A stretch of DNA of 64,000 nucleotides from Cyanobacteria bacterium P01_D01_bin.156 (GCA_039024555.1 JBCCQQ010000020.1:23645-87644), one strand, 5' to 3'. Positions 42,493-52,874 are shown, counted from the first letter of the stretch. The notes: generated by a model not told the origin, from the sequence alone. Numbers and translations: made by a program.

Positions 42493-42589
42493 GGCAAATA
42501 AGCAAACTTTCTACCCCATTGTATCTTTCGGATGAATGAGTCCACTCTTATAATTCTAGTTAGAACCCGTAGTGTGTAGCAATTTCATC

Positions 42590-43198
42590 ATGGCTAGATC
42601 TGGCATCTTACAGAGTGGGCAATCCTACACATTTCGTAGCTATTTTGAAATGTCCCATGAGCCAGATGAAATCCTGGCAGAGTTTGGCGTATCTCTGGAG
42701 AAGTTAGCACTGAATTTACCTCAAGCTTCCGTAGAACTGGAGCCTATTACAGCGTTGCAACAGGCAATACAACGACGGTTGCCTTACATTAGCCTGACGA
42801 GTGAAGCTGCTCGACGGGAAACATTAATCGCACCTGTTGTTTTGAACCTGATTGACTATACCCAGGCGCAGCTCAGGATTGAATACACCATCAACGTCTC
42901 AGAGCAGTTGAAAGGGGCATTAGATTATTTACTACAGACCCAAAAAAATCTGTTGGTAATTGAAGCCAAAAATGCAGATTTAGCGCGGGGATTTACTCAA
43001 CTAGCTGTGGAACTCATTGCCTTGGATCAATGGGTCGAGAATGATACCCCCGTGCTGTATGGGGTAATTTCCACTGGGGATGTGTGGCAGTTTGGCTGTT
43101 TTCACCGAACCAAAAAGCTGATGCAGCAAGATTTAACTCTGTACCGGGTTCCCACCGATCTCCAGGAGCTCTTTAGCATTCTGGTAGCACTGCTTTAG
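42590..43198 (+). CDS. Cyanobacterial PD-(D/E)XK-fold hypothetical protein
   Basis: SEAARRE.LIAPV, G.LDYLL, VIEAK, GFTQLAVELIAL, YG..STGDVWQF. Confidence 0.75.
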   Translation: MARSGILQSGQSYTFRSYFEMSHEPDEILAEFGVSLEKLALNLPQASVELEPITALQQAIQRRLPYISLTSEAARRETLIAPVVLNLIDYTQAQLRIEYTINVSEQLKGALDYLLQTQKNLLVIEAKNADLARGFTQLAVELIALDQWVENDTPVLYGVISTGDVWQFGCFHRTKKLMQQDLTLYRVPTDLQELFSILVALL

Positions 43199-43210
43199 GA
43201 ACATAGGTGC

Positions 43211-44020
43211 CTAAAAAGACTGACAGGCTTTCTGAGCTAACTCTGTGACTGAATCTTCGCTTAAACTCATCTCTCCACCATCAACAGATAGCCATAGTAA
43301 GTATTCAGTATTGCCCGCTGGTCCACGGATGGGCGACCATGTTAGTCCTTTAGCCTGCCACCCCAGCTGTTGCGCAGCTTCATACACCTGCCAAATTGCT
43401 TCTGCATGATCTTTGGGATCTCTCACCACACCTTTCTTACCAATTTTCTCTCTTCCCACTTCAAACTGGGGTTTCACTAACAAAACAGATTCTCTTACTC
43501 CTGTCATCAAATTCCAAAAAGCGGGGAGAACTTTAGTGAGAGAAATAAATGATACATCCATCACCCCCAGGTCAGGCCGCTGGTCGTTTTCCTCATACAA
43601 CTCTTCTGGTATGAGATGACGTAGGTTGGTGCGTTCTCGCAAAACCACCCGTGGGTCCTGACGAATTTTCCAAGCAACCTGCCCATAGCCCACATCAATT
43701 CCATAAACCTGTTGCGCTCCGTTTTGCAACAAACAGTCGGTAAACCCTCCTGTGGAGATACCGCCATCAATACAAATACGACCTTCCGCATTCACGCCAA
43801 ATTCTGCAATGGCCTTTGCCAGCTTTTCTCCACCCCGCGATACATAGGGCGACTTCTGCTTGAGTACAACAACTGCACCTTCCTTGATAGGCGTACCCGG
43901 CTTATCAATTACTGCCTCGTCTACTTTGACTTCACCTGCTCGAATACAGCGCTGTGCCTGCTGCCGAGACTCGCACAGCCCTTGCTCTACCAGATACATA
44001 TCCAAGCGTTGTTTGGCCAT
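43211..44020 (-). CDS. tlyA: TlyA family rRNA 2'-O-methyltransferase
   Basis: S4 domain KQRLD, YVSRGGEKL, STGGFTDCLLQ, DVSFISL, KPQFE, GN.EYL. Confidence 0.95.
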   Translation of the reverse strand: MAKQRLDMYLVEQGLCESRQQAQRCIRAGEVKVDEAVIDKPGTPIKEGAVVVLKQKSPYVSRGGEKLAKAIAEFGVNAEGRICIDGGISTGGFTDCLLQNGAQQVYGIDVGYGQVAWKIRQDPRVVLRERTNLRHLIPEELYEENDQRPDLGVMDVSFISLTKVLPAFWNLMTGVRESVLLVKPQFEVGREKIGKKGVVRDPKDHAEAIWQVYEAAQQLGWQAKGLTWSPIRGPAGNTEYLLWLSVDGGEMSLSEDSVTELAQKACQSF

Positions 44021-44480
44021 TATCGATGGAATAAGCGGTAGGAGTTGAACATTAGGAGATAGAGTTTATCCCAGATGCGTATGGTATCGAGAAAAGCTTA
44101 GCCTGCAGTCACTCCCTTCGATGGCTTACGGCGAATACATTGTCACCATTCACGCTCCCATTCCTGACTGCCTTACCCCTAGACACTGCAGCCAATTTGT
44201 TTTTAGATAGAGGTAGGTAAAGAAATATTAAGCATATGTACCTATGGGCAGTCGTGCCTGTGGGCGGTTGTGCTCATTTTCGACGGTAGTCGAAACCAGG
44301 TTTTGAGGTCGTAGCGTCCTGCCACTATACATTTCAGCTGAGTTGATACCTGCTCAGCTGGGCGTGCGCCTCTTAAGTAACTCAAACCCAACGTTTGAGC
44401 GTTTTGTATGTCTGGTCAACTGTGACCGGCTCACTTTTCTTGTCCCATCACTAAGACTTTCACAGGCTTGAGGAGATCCC

Positions 44481-46013
44481 TTGAATATTCGCAATCTTAA
44501 ATTTCGACCTAACTGGCGTGCCCTAAAACGGGAGTGGTTGCTTAATCCCAAGGATGACCTCCTGGCTGGGGCATTGGTTGGGCTGGCACTCATTCCCGAG
44601 GCAATTTCCTTTTCGATTATTGCTGGTGTAGACCCAAAGGTTGGCCTCTATGCCTCGTTCATCATTGCGGTGATTACCGCGTTTCTGGGCGGTCGACCGG
44701 CCTCGATTTCAGCAGCGACCGGTGCCATGGCCCTGCTGATGGTGGACTTGGTTAAAGAGCACGGGTTGCAATATTTACTGGCAGCAACATTTTTGACTGG
44801 GGTTTTTCAGGTCATTTTTGGGGTGCTCAAACTGGGTCGCCAGATGAAGTTTGTGCCCCGAGCGGTGATGATTGGCTACATCAATGCGTTGGCAGTACTA
44901 CTTTTCCTAGCGCAGCTGCCCCAGCTAACCAACGTGCCGCCCATGGTCTATGTGCTCACGGTGCTGTCCCTAGGGATTATTTACATCCTGCCTCGGTTTA
45001 CGAAGGTGGTGCCGTCGCCACTGGTGGCATTGGCGGTGATGACGATTGCTGCGATCGCACTGCGCTTAGATGTACCCACCGTAGGCGATATGGGAGAACT
45101 TCCCACAGCCCCTCCCATATTTGCCCTGCCCCAGGTGCCCTTTAGCCTAGAAACGCTGCAGATTATCCTGCCCTATTCTTTAACCCTCGCTGTCGTCGGT
45201 CTACTGGCATCTTTTCTAACTGCATCCCTAGTGGATGACTTTACCGACACCCCCAGCGATAAAAATCAGGAGGCAAAGGGCCAGGGTGTGGCTAATATGG
45301 TCACTGCATTTTTTGGTGGCATGGCTGGCTGCGGCATGATCGGTCAGTCGGTGATTAACGTCCAGTCCGGGGGGCGGGGGCGTCTATCCACGCTTTCTGC
45401 CGGTATATTCTTGCTCATTGCCATCTTGTTCCTACAGGACTGGGTCCGTCAGATGCCTATGGCAGCTTTGGTGGCCGTCATGATTATGGTGTCCATCGGC
45501 ACATTCCGCTGGTCGTCGTTTACCAACATGCGCCGCGTGCCTCGCAGTGAAGTAGCGGTGATGCTCACGACCATGTTCGTGATTATTTTCACTCGCAACT
45601 TTGCCTTCGGTGTGGCCACAGGCATTGTGATGAGTACCGTCTTCTTCTCCCGAAAGGTGGCCAAACTGGTGTTGGTTACCAAGATGCTCAGCCCAGACAA
45701 TGCCCACCGTATTTACAAGGTGTCTGGTCAGATTTTCTTCTTATCTCGAGATGAGTTTTCAGCATCCTTTGACTTTACTGAGCTGGTCGAGCGAGTCACC
45801 ATTGACCTGAGTAATGCCCAGCTATGGGACCAAGGGGCTGTAGAAGTTCTCGATAAAACAGTCCAGAAGTTCCGCCGTAAAGGGATTGAGGTTACTGTGG
45901 TGGGCCTTAATGAAGCCAGCGCTACCTTGCTCAACCGTTTGGCTACGGATGAAGAACTTGTTGGCAGCGGCAACACGACGGATGAAGGATTGGTCGCGAG
46001 CGGCCAAAACTAG
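44481..46013 (+). CDS. SulP family anion permease with STAS domain
   Basis: [40 protein letters not shown]-terminal STAS; AGGAG upstream of the TTG start. Confidence 0.9.
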   Translation: MNIRNLKFRPNWRALKREWLLNPKDDLLAGALVGLALIPEAISFSIIAGVDPKVGLYASFIIAVITAFLGGRPASISAATGAMALLMVDLVKEHGLQYLLAATFLTGVFQVIFGVLKLGRQMKFVPRAVMIGYINALAVLLFLAQLPQLTNVPPMVYVLTVLSLGIIYILPRFTKVVPSPLVALAVMTIAAIALRLDVPTVGDMGELPTAPPIFALPQVPFSLETLQIILPYSLTLAVVGLLASFLTASLVDDFTDTPSDKNQEAKGQGVANMVTAFFGGMAGCGMIGQSVINVQSGGRGRLSTLSAGIFLLIAILFLQDWVRQMPMAALVAVMIMVSIGTFRWSSFTNMRRVPRSEVAVMLTTMFVIIFTRNFAFGVATGIVMSTVFFSRKVAKLVLVTKMLSPDNAHRIYKVSGQIFFLSRDEFSASFDFTELVERVTIDLSNAQLWDQGAVEVLDKTVQKFRRKGIEVTVVGLNEASATLLNRLATDEELVGSGNTTDEGLVASGQN

Positions 46014-46176
46014 TAGCCGCTGAGTATGAAATCCGTAAGCTCACTGGGCTAGTGGGCTCACAAAGCAAAATACTCTTATTCCAGCTAATTCTTAAGTTTG
46101 ACGGACTCCCTGCTCTAGCGAGTCCGCAATCTCCTAGACTGCACTCTTAATAAGGAAAAAAGGATAATAACGTCGT

Positions 46177-47043
46177 ATGAAAACGATTCTTCTGTGCTCT
46201 GACGGGTCCACCTTTGCAGAGAGCATTTATCGCTACGGGGCCTGGTTTGCCCGCAAGTTTCAGGCCCAGACAAAGGTTCTATATGTGACCGATATTCGAA
46301 GCCAGAAGGTTGTTTCCACGGGTAATTTTACCGGCAGCATTGGTCTGGGGGCATCCGACCAGCTACTAAAGGATTTGGTAAACCTAGAACATGAAAAGGC
46401 CAAACTCAATAACCAGCGAGCGCGACTGATTTTACAAAACGCGGATGAGATGCTCCGAGCAGAAGGTTTGAGCGATGTGGAACTGATCAATCAAACCGGG
46501 TTTCTGGTGGATTGCTTCCACGACTTTGAAGCAGATGCCAACATGGTGGTTCTAGGAAAACGGGGTGAGGCCGCCGACTTTGCCTCCGGGCATCTGGGGG
46601 CCAACCTGGACCGGATTGTCCGCAGCAGCAGTAAACCTTGTTTAGTCACTCCGCAAACATTTGAGCCGATTCAACGGCTGCTACTCGCCTATGACGGTAG
46701 CCCCACAGGTAAGCGGGTATTAAACTTCCTGGTGGATAGTGCAGAGGGTTTTAAGGATATTGAAATTCATGTGTTGACCGTTGCTAAGACTGAAACGAAT
46801 ACCGCGAAAGCACAGGAACTAACCGCAGCCCAGGCCACACTACAACAGGCTGGACTAACGGCAACGGCAAAACTGCTTAGTGGCGATCCTGAAAAGGTCA
46901 TTGGTAGCTACATTGAGGACAACCAGATCAGTCTTTTAATGATGGGGGCCTATGGTCACAACCGTATTCGCCATTTAGTAATTGGTAGCACCACGGTTCA
47001 ACTCCTGCGCAGTGTCCAAGTGCCAGTACTCTTGTTTCGTTAG
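46177..47043 (+). CDS. Universal stress protein (tandem USP domains)
   Basis: ILLCSDGS, VVLGKRG, LLAYDGS, MGAYGH.R...IGSTT. Confidence 0.9.
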   Translation: MKTILLCSDGSTFAESIYRYGAWFARKFQAQTKVLYVTDIRSQKVVSTGNFTGSIGLGASDQLLKDLVNLEHEKAKLNNQRARLILQNADEMLRAEGLSDVELINQTGFLVDCFHDFEADANMVVLGKRGEAADFASGHLGANLDRIVRSSSKPCLVTPQTFEPIQRLLLAYDGSPTGKRVLNFLVDSAEGFKDIEIHVLTVAKTETNTAKAQELTAAQATLQQAGLTATAKLLSGDPEKVIGSYIEDNQISLLMMGAYGHNRIRHLVIGSTTVQLLRSVQVPVLLFR

Positions 47044-47065
47044 GTCTCTATTCAAATATGCAAGA

Positions 47066-48025
47066 ATGCTGAGATATATCTGCCGCCGATTACTCGTTGC
47101 CATTCCGACGTTGCTAGCAATCAGTGTGGTGATTTTTGTGTTGCTTGCGATCGCACCCACAAATCCCCTAGGTGAAATGGCCACAAATCCATCCATCACA
47201 CCAGAGGTACGAGAAAATCTACGCCGCTCCCTGGGGTTAGACGACCCAATCATCATTCGCTATTTCAAATGGCTATGGGCTTTGATGCAGGGTAATTTTG
47301 GCTATTCCTTTGGCAGCCGCAGCCCGGTCAGTGAGCTCATCCTGCAGCGGCTACCGGCCACCCTATGGGTAATTGGGTCAGGTTATTTACTCAGTGTGAT
47401 GCTGGCGCTGCCCTTAGGGATCTTTTCTGCCATCAAAAAGGGAACTTGGGTGGACTGGATAGTGACAACGTTTGCCTTTGTAGGGCTTTCATTACCCACC
47501 TTTTTTACCGGTTTGCTGATGATTTTGGTGTTTAGTATTCAGCTGGGCTGGGTGCCGTTTATCTACAGCAGTACCTTGGTGGTGACGAACTGGAACAGTT
47601 TTATCGAGTTAGTCCGGCAGTCGGCGCTGCCCGTCATGGTATTGGCCCTGTTCCAAACAGCATTGCTCATGCGATTTGTGCGTACAGCCATTGCGGAAGA
47701 ACTACCCCAGGGATACGTGCGTACGGCACGGGCGAAGGGGCTATCTCGCCCTCGCATTTTAGGCATTCATGTTCTACGAAATGCCTCTATTCCCGTTGTC
47801 ACTTTGTTGGCGTTGGATATTCCCAGTCTATTTACCGGGTCTCTTGTACTGGAACAGGTATTTCGAATTCCCGGTATGGGAGCATTGTTGATTGATTCGA
47901 TTTATCGCAGTGACACACCTGTGGTGATGGCAGTGTCTTTTATTTATGCGGTTTTGGTAGTGATTTTTAATCTTGTTGCCGATGTGTTGTATGGCTGGCT
48001 AGACCCCCGCGTGAGACTGGCCTAA
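47066..48025 (+). CDS. Peptide/nickel ABC transporter permease (DppB/OppB-like)
   Basis: MLRYICRRLL, LGLDDP, GNFGYS, YVRTARAKGL, LDPRV. Confidence 0.9.
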   Translation: MLRYICRRLLVAIPTLLAISVVIFVLLAIAPTNPLGEMATNPSITPEVRENLRRSLGLDDPIIIRYFKWLWALMQGNFGYSFGSRSPVSELILQRLPATLWVIGSGYLLSVMLALPLGIFSAIKKGTWVDWIVTTFAFVGLSLPTFFTGLLMILVFSIQLGWVPFIYSSTLVVTNWNSFIELVRQSALPVMVLALFQTALLMRFVRTAIAEELPQGYVRTARAKGLSRPRILGIHVLRNASIPVVTLLALDIPSLFTGSLVLEQVFRIPGMGALLIDSIYRSDTPVVMAVSFIYAVLVVIFNLVADVLYGWLDPRVRLA

Positions 48026-48095
48026 CAACAACCCTTAACAATACTCTTTGTGGATACTCCCTTGTCCCCCATGCAATCTGCCAGAATTCCAAAGA

Positions 48096-48941
48096 ATGCC
48101 TAACCTTAGGAAAACACAGCCCACCACCCTGTTTGGCATCACCACTTTTGCCATCATTACGTTAGCCATCGTAATCGGTCCCCTGATCTACTCTCAATCG
48201 GCAGATGCCATCGATTTTGCCCTGGCTAGCCAGCCGCCGAGTTTAGCCCATCCCTTTGGCACTAATACCCTTGGTCAGGACCAACTAGCACGGGTGATGC
48301 TGGGGGGGCGTGTATCTCTAACGGTAGGCATTGCTGCCATGGCCATGGCGGTGAGTGTGGGAACATTGGTGGGTGCGATCTCAGGTTTCTACGGTGGCCT
48401 GCTCGATTCCCTATTAATGCGCTTTACCGACCTATTTTTATCCTTACCCCAACTCCCCCTATCGCTGCTGGTAATTTACCTATTTGGCGATTGGGCTAGG
48501 GAGCTACTAGGACCTCAAAATGGCATCTTTGCGCTAGTGGTGCTGGTTATCGGCGGATTTAACTGGATGTCAGTGGCTCGACTAGTGCGGGCTGGTTTTC
48601 TAGCCAATCGCGATCGCACCTTTATGCAGGCTGTACGAGCTCTGGGAGCGAAACCAAGACGGTTAATCTGGCATCATTTACTACCCAATATATTAGGCTC
48701 AGTCATTGTGGCCGCCACGCTCGCCGTGGGTAATGCCGTTCTAGCAGAGGCCACACTGAGTTTTCTAGGTCTGGGATTTCCACCCGACGTACCTACCTGG
48801 GGACGCATGCTATTTACGGCCCAGGACTACTTAGACAGCGCGCCCCACATAGCAATCTTCCCAGGAGCTGCGATTTTTCTCACAGTCTTGAGCATTAACT
48901 TTATTGGCGATGGGTTACGAGACCGCTTAGGTCCGAATTAA
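48096..48941 (+). CDS. Peptide/nickel ABC transporter permease (DppC/OppC-like)
   Basis: HPFGT..LGQD, HLLPN, LSFLGLG..P..PTWG, NFIGDGLRD; start uncertain (48048 or 48096). Confidence 0.9.
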   Translation: MPNLRKTQPTTLFGITTFAIITLAIVIGPLIYSQSADAIDFALASQPPSLAHPFGTNTLGQDQLARVMLGGRVSLTVGIAAMAMAVSVGTLVGAISGFYGGLLDSLLMRFTDLFLSLPQLPLSLLVIYLFGDWARELLGPQNGIFALVVLVIGGFNWMSVARLVRAGFLANRDRTFMQAVRALGAKPRRLIWHHLLPNILGSVIVAATLAVGNAVLAEATLSFLGLGFPPDVPTWGRMLFTAQDYLDSAPHIAIFPGAAIFLTVLSINFIGDGLRDRLGPN

Positions 48942-49603
48942 GTCAGCAGCATCCCAGTAGCGCCACCAGGCCAAACGGGATCCCAGCTTCTCCTAATTAA
49001 CAACAAAATCTTAGGGATAACCTACAACAATTTTCCGGGAAGCCCCCTAAAAGTCACGTAGAACATTCATAGCAGTCTAGGGTGCCCGAGACCGCACTCA
49101 TAGCTCTACCCAGTGACATCTGCCTGGAGTTTGTATCTCCATGGAAACAACTACTATTTAGTAGTATGTGCTCCAACTATTGTTACTGCTATCAAGGTTC
49201 GATTACAAAAAAATCCAGTTATCCATTGATATGTCACAACAGCTAATAGCTGTTTTACCCGCACTATCAAAGGGATATGCTCAGGTTCATTCTCTACTCC
49301 ATCCAAACGAGCTGCGGAATTACATTCTGCAGCTCGACTTCCCATATATCAACATCGCTACTCTCTAAGGATAACGCTGTGAACTGTTAGCACAGACTCC
49401 AGGAGTATCTTTAGCATGGCTGCTCCTCAAGATGAGTTTCACCTATCACGTCCAGGCCTGCAGACGGAGTCATTGATCATTACCGCCAATAAATCAGCGC
49501 CGACATAACTTTGAATTAACAACTACTAAATACGACTGTCCCATTCATAACAACTGTTTAGAAGTTGTTGTTAAACAGTTCATGGTAGAGACTATTAACA
49601 TCT

Positions 49604-50776
49604 CTAAGCAATCTGTTGTACAAAATCACTGATACGCCCCATCCCCTTCTCTATCGTGGCCATATCGGCTGCATAGGAGATACGGATAGCATCATCAGCA
49701 CCAAAGGCAATCCCGGGTACAGTAGCAACATACTTTTCATTCAGTAAGCGCGTACAAAAATCAAGGGATTGGAAACCGGTTTTACTGATATCGATAAACA
49801 GATAAAACGCCCCCTCTGGCACAACACAGCTGAAGCCAGGAATTGCATTAACCAGCTTAATAATGCCTTCACGCCGTTTTGCAAACGCCTGACGCATGGT
49901 TTCAACACAGTCTTGGGAAGATTCTAAGGCTGCCATCGCACCATATTGGGCAAACGTACAAACATTCGATGTGCTTTGACTCTGCAATGTATTAACAGCC
50001 TGAATCAGTTCAGTCGGACCAGCTAAATATCCCAGACGCCAGCCAGTCATCGCATAGGCCTTAGCAAATCCATTACTCACAATCGTGCGATTAAATATGG
50101 CATCGCTGACTGCCCCAATACTCAAATGCTGAGCACCATCGTATAAAATCCTTTCGTAAATCTCGTCTGCTACGACCCAAATGTTATTATTGACAACAAC
50201 ATCGGCAATTGCTCTCACTTCGTCGGGTGTATAAACCATTCCTGTTGGATTAGAAGGAGAGTTAAACACCAACAGTTTTGTGTTAGGGGTAATGGCATTT
50301 TGTAACTGCTCAGGTGTAATTTTGTAACCCTGTTGGGCTGTGGCTGGCAAAATTACTGGAGTCCCACCCGCTAGCTTGACCATCTCCGGATAGCTCACCC
50401 AGTAGGGGGCCGGAATAATCACTTCATCCCCCGGTTCTATGGTGGCCATCATCAGGGCATAGAGGGAATGCTTACCACCATTGGTCACAATGACGTTTTC
50501 AGCATTGTAAGGCAGCTGATTATGATTGCGTAGCTTGGCTGCGATCGCGGCCCGTAATCGGGGCTCACCAGCCGCAGGACCATATCGAGTTTTGCCTTCA
50601 TCCAACGCCTTTTTAGCCGCTGTACGAATATGCTCTGGAGTATCAAAATCAGGTTCACCAGCACTAAAACTACAAACATCGATTCCCTCAGCTTTCATAG
50701 CCTTCGCCTTCGCAGAAATCGCCAAGGTCATCGACGGCGTGACTTGCTGCACCCTAGCAGCCAACTTGATACTCAT
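49604..50776 (-). CDS. aspC: Aspartate aminotransferase (class I PLP-dependent)
   Basis: [32 protein letters not shown]. Confidence 0.9.
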   Translation of the reverse strand: MSIKLAARVQQVTPSMTLAISAKAKAMKAEGIDVCSFSAGEPDFDTPEHIRTAAKKALDEGKTRYGPAAGEPRLRAAIAAKLRNHNQLPYNAENVIVTNGGKHSLYALMMATIEPGDEVIIPAPYWVSYPEMVKLAGGTPVILPATAQQGYKITPEQLQNAITPNTKLLVFNSPSNPTGMVYTPDEVRAIADVVVNNNIWVVADEIYERILYDGAQHLSIGAVSDAIFNRTIVSNGFAKAYAMTGWRLGYLAGPTELIQAVNTLQSQSTSNVCTFAQYGAMAALESSQDCVETMRQAFAKRREGIIKLVNAIPGFSCVVPEGAFYLFIDISKTGFQSLDFCTRLLNEKYVATVPGIAFGADDAIRISYAADMATIEKGMGRISDFVQQIA

Positions 50777-50908
50777 TAGAACGCTGTTTGCCTCCAGCTC
50801 AAAACCTTATTCTGATTAGCTTAAATCGATTTGTAGTGTAGATTGCAAATCTTTATGATTTGCTTGAATCATGACTTGGCTAGACTTCACCAGCCAACCC
50901 TCACTAAG

Positions 50909-50939
50909 GAAAAAGCTCCCCTGACAATGTCAAGGGAGC
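50909..50939 (-). terminator. Rho-independent terminator-like hairpin
   Basis: Minus strand GCTCCCTTGAC-ATT-GTCAGGGGAGC followed by TTTTT. Confidence 0.7.
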
Positions 50940-51120
50940 AAGCATTCTTGATCTGTGTGAAGGAAACGGTGTGAAGATAGACGGTCAAGGGAGCTAGCCT
51001 TGCCAAAATCCCAATTTAAAGAGCACAGCTCATACAGCAAATAAAGCAGCAATTACCGTGTAGTCGGTTTTCAGGAACTCCAATTTTTGGATTCAATCCA
51101 TCTATTGGATTAATTAAATC
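50909..51120 (-). ncRNA. Candidate ~210-nt small RNA or aspC leader
   Basis: -10-like TATAGT (51125-51130, minus strand), no ORF in the track, internal duplicated motifs, terminator at 50909-50939. Confidence 0.4.
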
Positions 51121-51267
51121 ATCCACTATATACGGCTAAGTTGATGTGACTCCATAGGGAAAAAACGGTGATAATCAACGGTCAGCAACGGTGACAATCA
51201 CCATCCTTTCCCGTGATAATCATGAGTTCTGCGTGTGCGATGGATCACTTACGTGAACAACCAGGTC

Positions 51268-52443
51268 CTAGACAACTAACCAAATGCCCAACCCCCAAAA
51301 TGGCACAAAGCGTAGCACCCTGAGCCGTTCACCAACTGCAATTGTGGAACCCATCAACCACATCTGAAATAGCCAAAATAAACCTATATCGACAGTAAAT
51401 GCCAAAGTAACCCGCTCAGTGAATATCTGATGTCTTAAATATTCAATACGGCTAAAGGCTCCGCCCACATCGGGTTGGTTGAGAAAAAACCAACCCACTG
51501 CAAATGTCCCAACGGTCAGCCCCACAGCGCCAAATATTCTTGCCAGCCTTCCTTTTGAAGCTACACTTTGCGCCTCGGGAGCTCGGTTCAGTCGGAGTGC
51601 CATATAAGGCATCAAAAAAACATTAGTTAAAAACATTGCGCCCCCCCAAAACCACACATGCGGTAAGTGTTGGCTACGTTTATCCCATAGCATTAGGGGC
51701 AAAAACATAAAAATCCAGGCCTCTGCCAAATTGAAAAATCCCTGGCTAGCTGGATGCACCACAGGCGCTTGTAGATAGTGGATACCCAACAAATTTAATA
51801 GGGGCAAAATAAAAAAAAAGTTGAGCGATTCGTCTAAAATCTCTTGGAGTGTTTGCACCTGGATAGCCCATACGGGTTCCCCAGGCAGCCAACCAGGCGG
51901 CGATAGTAAGAGGAGCCCTACATATATAGCCGTTGCCAACCAAAGCGCGTACTGAACATACGCTATAGGATTCATGACCGCTGCTTTAGCAACCACAATA
52001 GATGGATTAGACGGCTGACGCGCTGACCACAAACGAATCAGAGGCGTCACCAAACGAATCATCGTAAAAGCAACCTTCCCTAACTTTAATGGCGGTTCCA
52101 CGCAGTCACGAGCGAAAACAAGCTTGCCACTCTCAGAGGAAAATCGATAAAAACTAACCCCGCGACCGTTAGGAAATGGATTGCCACCCAGCTCAACATG
52201 CCAGGTAACGCCAACAGCAACGTCATCCCCTGCCATATCATCAATAACGAACTGGAGATCAGCAGGCACAGCCTGACAGGATTCTGTAAATAGGCCTTCT
52301 ACCGCAGCTTTACCAATAAATGTGACAGAAAAATTAAGGTCTTCATATCGACAATGCTCATCAACCAATGATACAGCCCGAACAATATCACGCTGATTAA
52401 TAGCTGAGTAGAGCGCCTGTATGCTACTGACGGCTTGCCCCAT
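51268..52443 (-). CDS. SnoaL/NTF2-like domain fused to a multi-TM domain
   Basis: N-terminal Y.AIN..D..YED..F.G..VGVTWH..GRGVSFY..RDCVEP; hydrophobic C-terminal half. Confidence 0.75.
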   Translation of the reverse strand: MGQAVSSIQALYSAINQRDIVRAVSLVDEHCRYEDLNFSVTFIGKAAVEGLFTESCQAVPADLQFVIDDMAGDDVAVGVTWHVELGGNPFPNGRGVSFYRFSSESGKLVFARDCVEPPLKLGKVAFTMIRLVTPLIRLWSARQPSNPSIVVAKAAVMNPIAYVQYALWLATAIYVGLLLLSPPGWLPGEPVWAIQVQTLQEILDESLNFFFILPLLNLLGIHYLQAPVVHPASQGFFNLAEAWIFMFLPLMLWDKRSQHLPHVWFWGGAMFLTNVFLMPYMALRLNRAPEAQSVASKGRLARIFGAVGLTVGTFAVGWFFLNQPDVGGAFSRIEYLRHQIFTERVTLAFTVDIGLFWLFQMWLMGSTIAVGERLRVLRFVPFWGLGIWLVV

Positions 52444-52665
52444 GGTTTTGCGAATTCCCTAAGCTTCCTACCAGCTTAAACCTTCTGACACCAACCAAGA
52501 TAGGTTGCCATCAACAGGCGTAAATCTCGTTCCTGAGCAACGGCATTATGTCAAATAGCAAGACTCATTGAAATAACCATGAACTTTATAAATGTTCTGA
52601 AAAGCCACAAATGTTCTGAATAGTGAATTACTGGTAGATTCTTAAAAATCTTCCTGAGACAGGAT

Positions 52666-52704
52666 TGTGATTGTTATCACAGCTGTTATGTGATTGTTGT
52701 CAAA
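52666..52704. promoter_or_regulatory. Tandem CRP-family binding boxes
   Basis: TGTGA-TTGTTA-TCACA (52666-52681, perfect TGTGA-N6-TCACA) and TGTGA-TTGTTG-TCAAA (52689-52704). Confidence 0.6.
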
Positions 52705-52874
52705 TTCACTAGAATATTTAAAACCCTTGTCATACATAGGGTAAAGCCATCCACCAAGAACTTTAATCTTCTTGAAGTTAGCCTGAAATATTCTGTTTTT
52801 TTACTTTTTATCGATAAGAATCTCAGTGTTTTTGCCAGAATGAATTTAATTGTTTGTGACGAGCTGATCCGTTA

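Noticed and set aside
43211..44020. Hemolysin/virulence factor
   Set aside because: TlyA is a widespread S4 + FtsJ-type rRNA methyltransferase; housekeeping here
49141..49368. Small ORFs between the dppC-like gene and aspC
   Set aside because: No motif and weak starts; cannot be supported, although a remnant gene is not excluded
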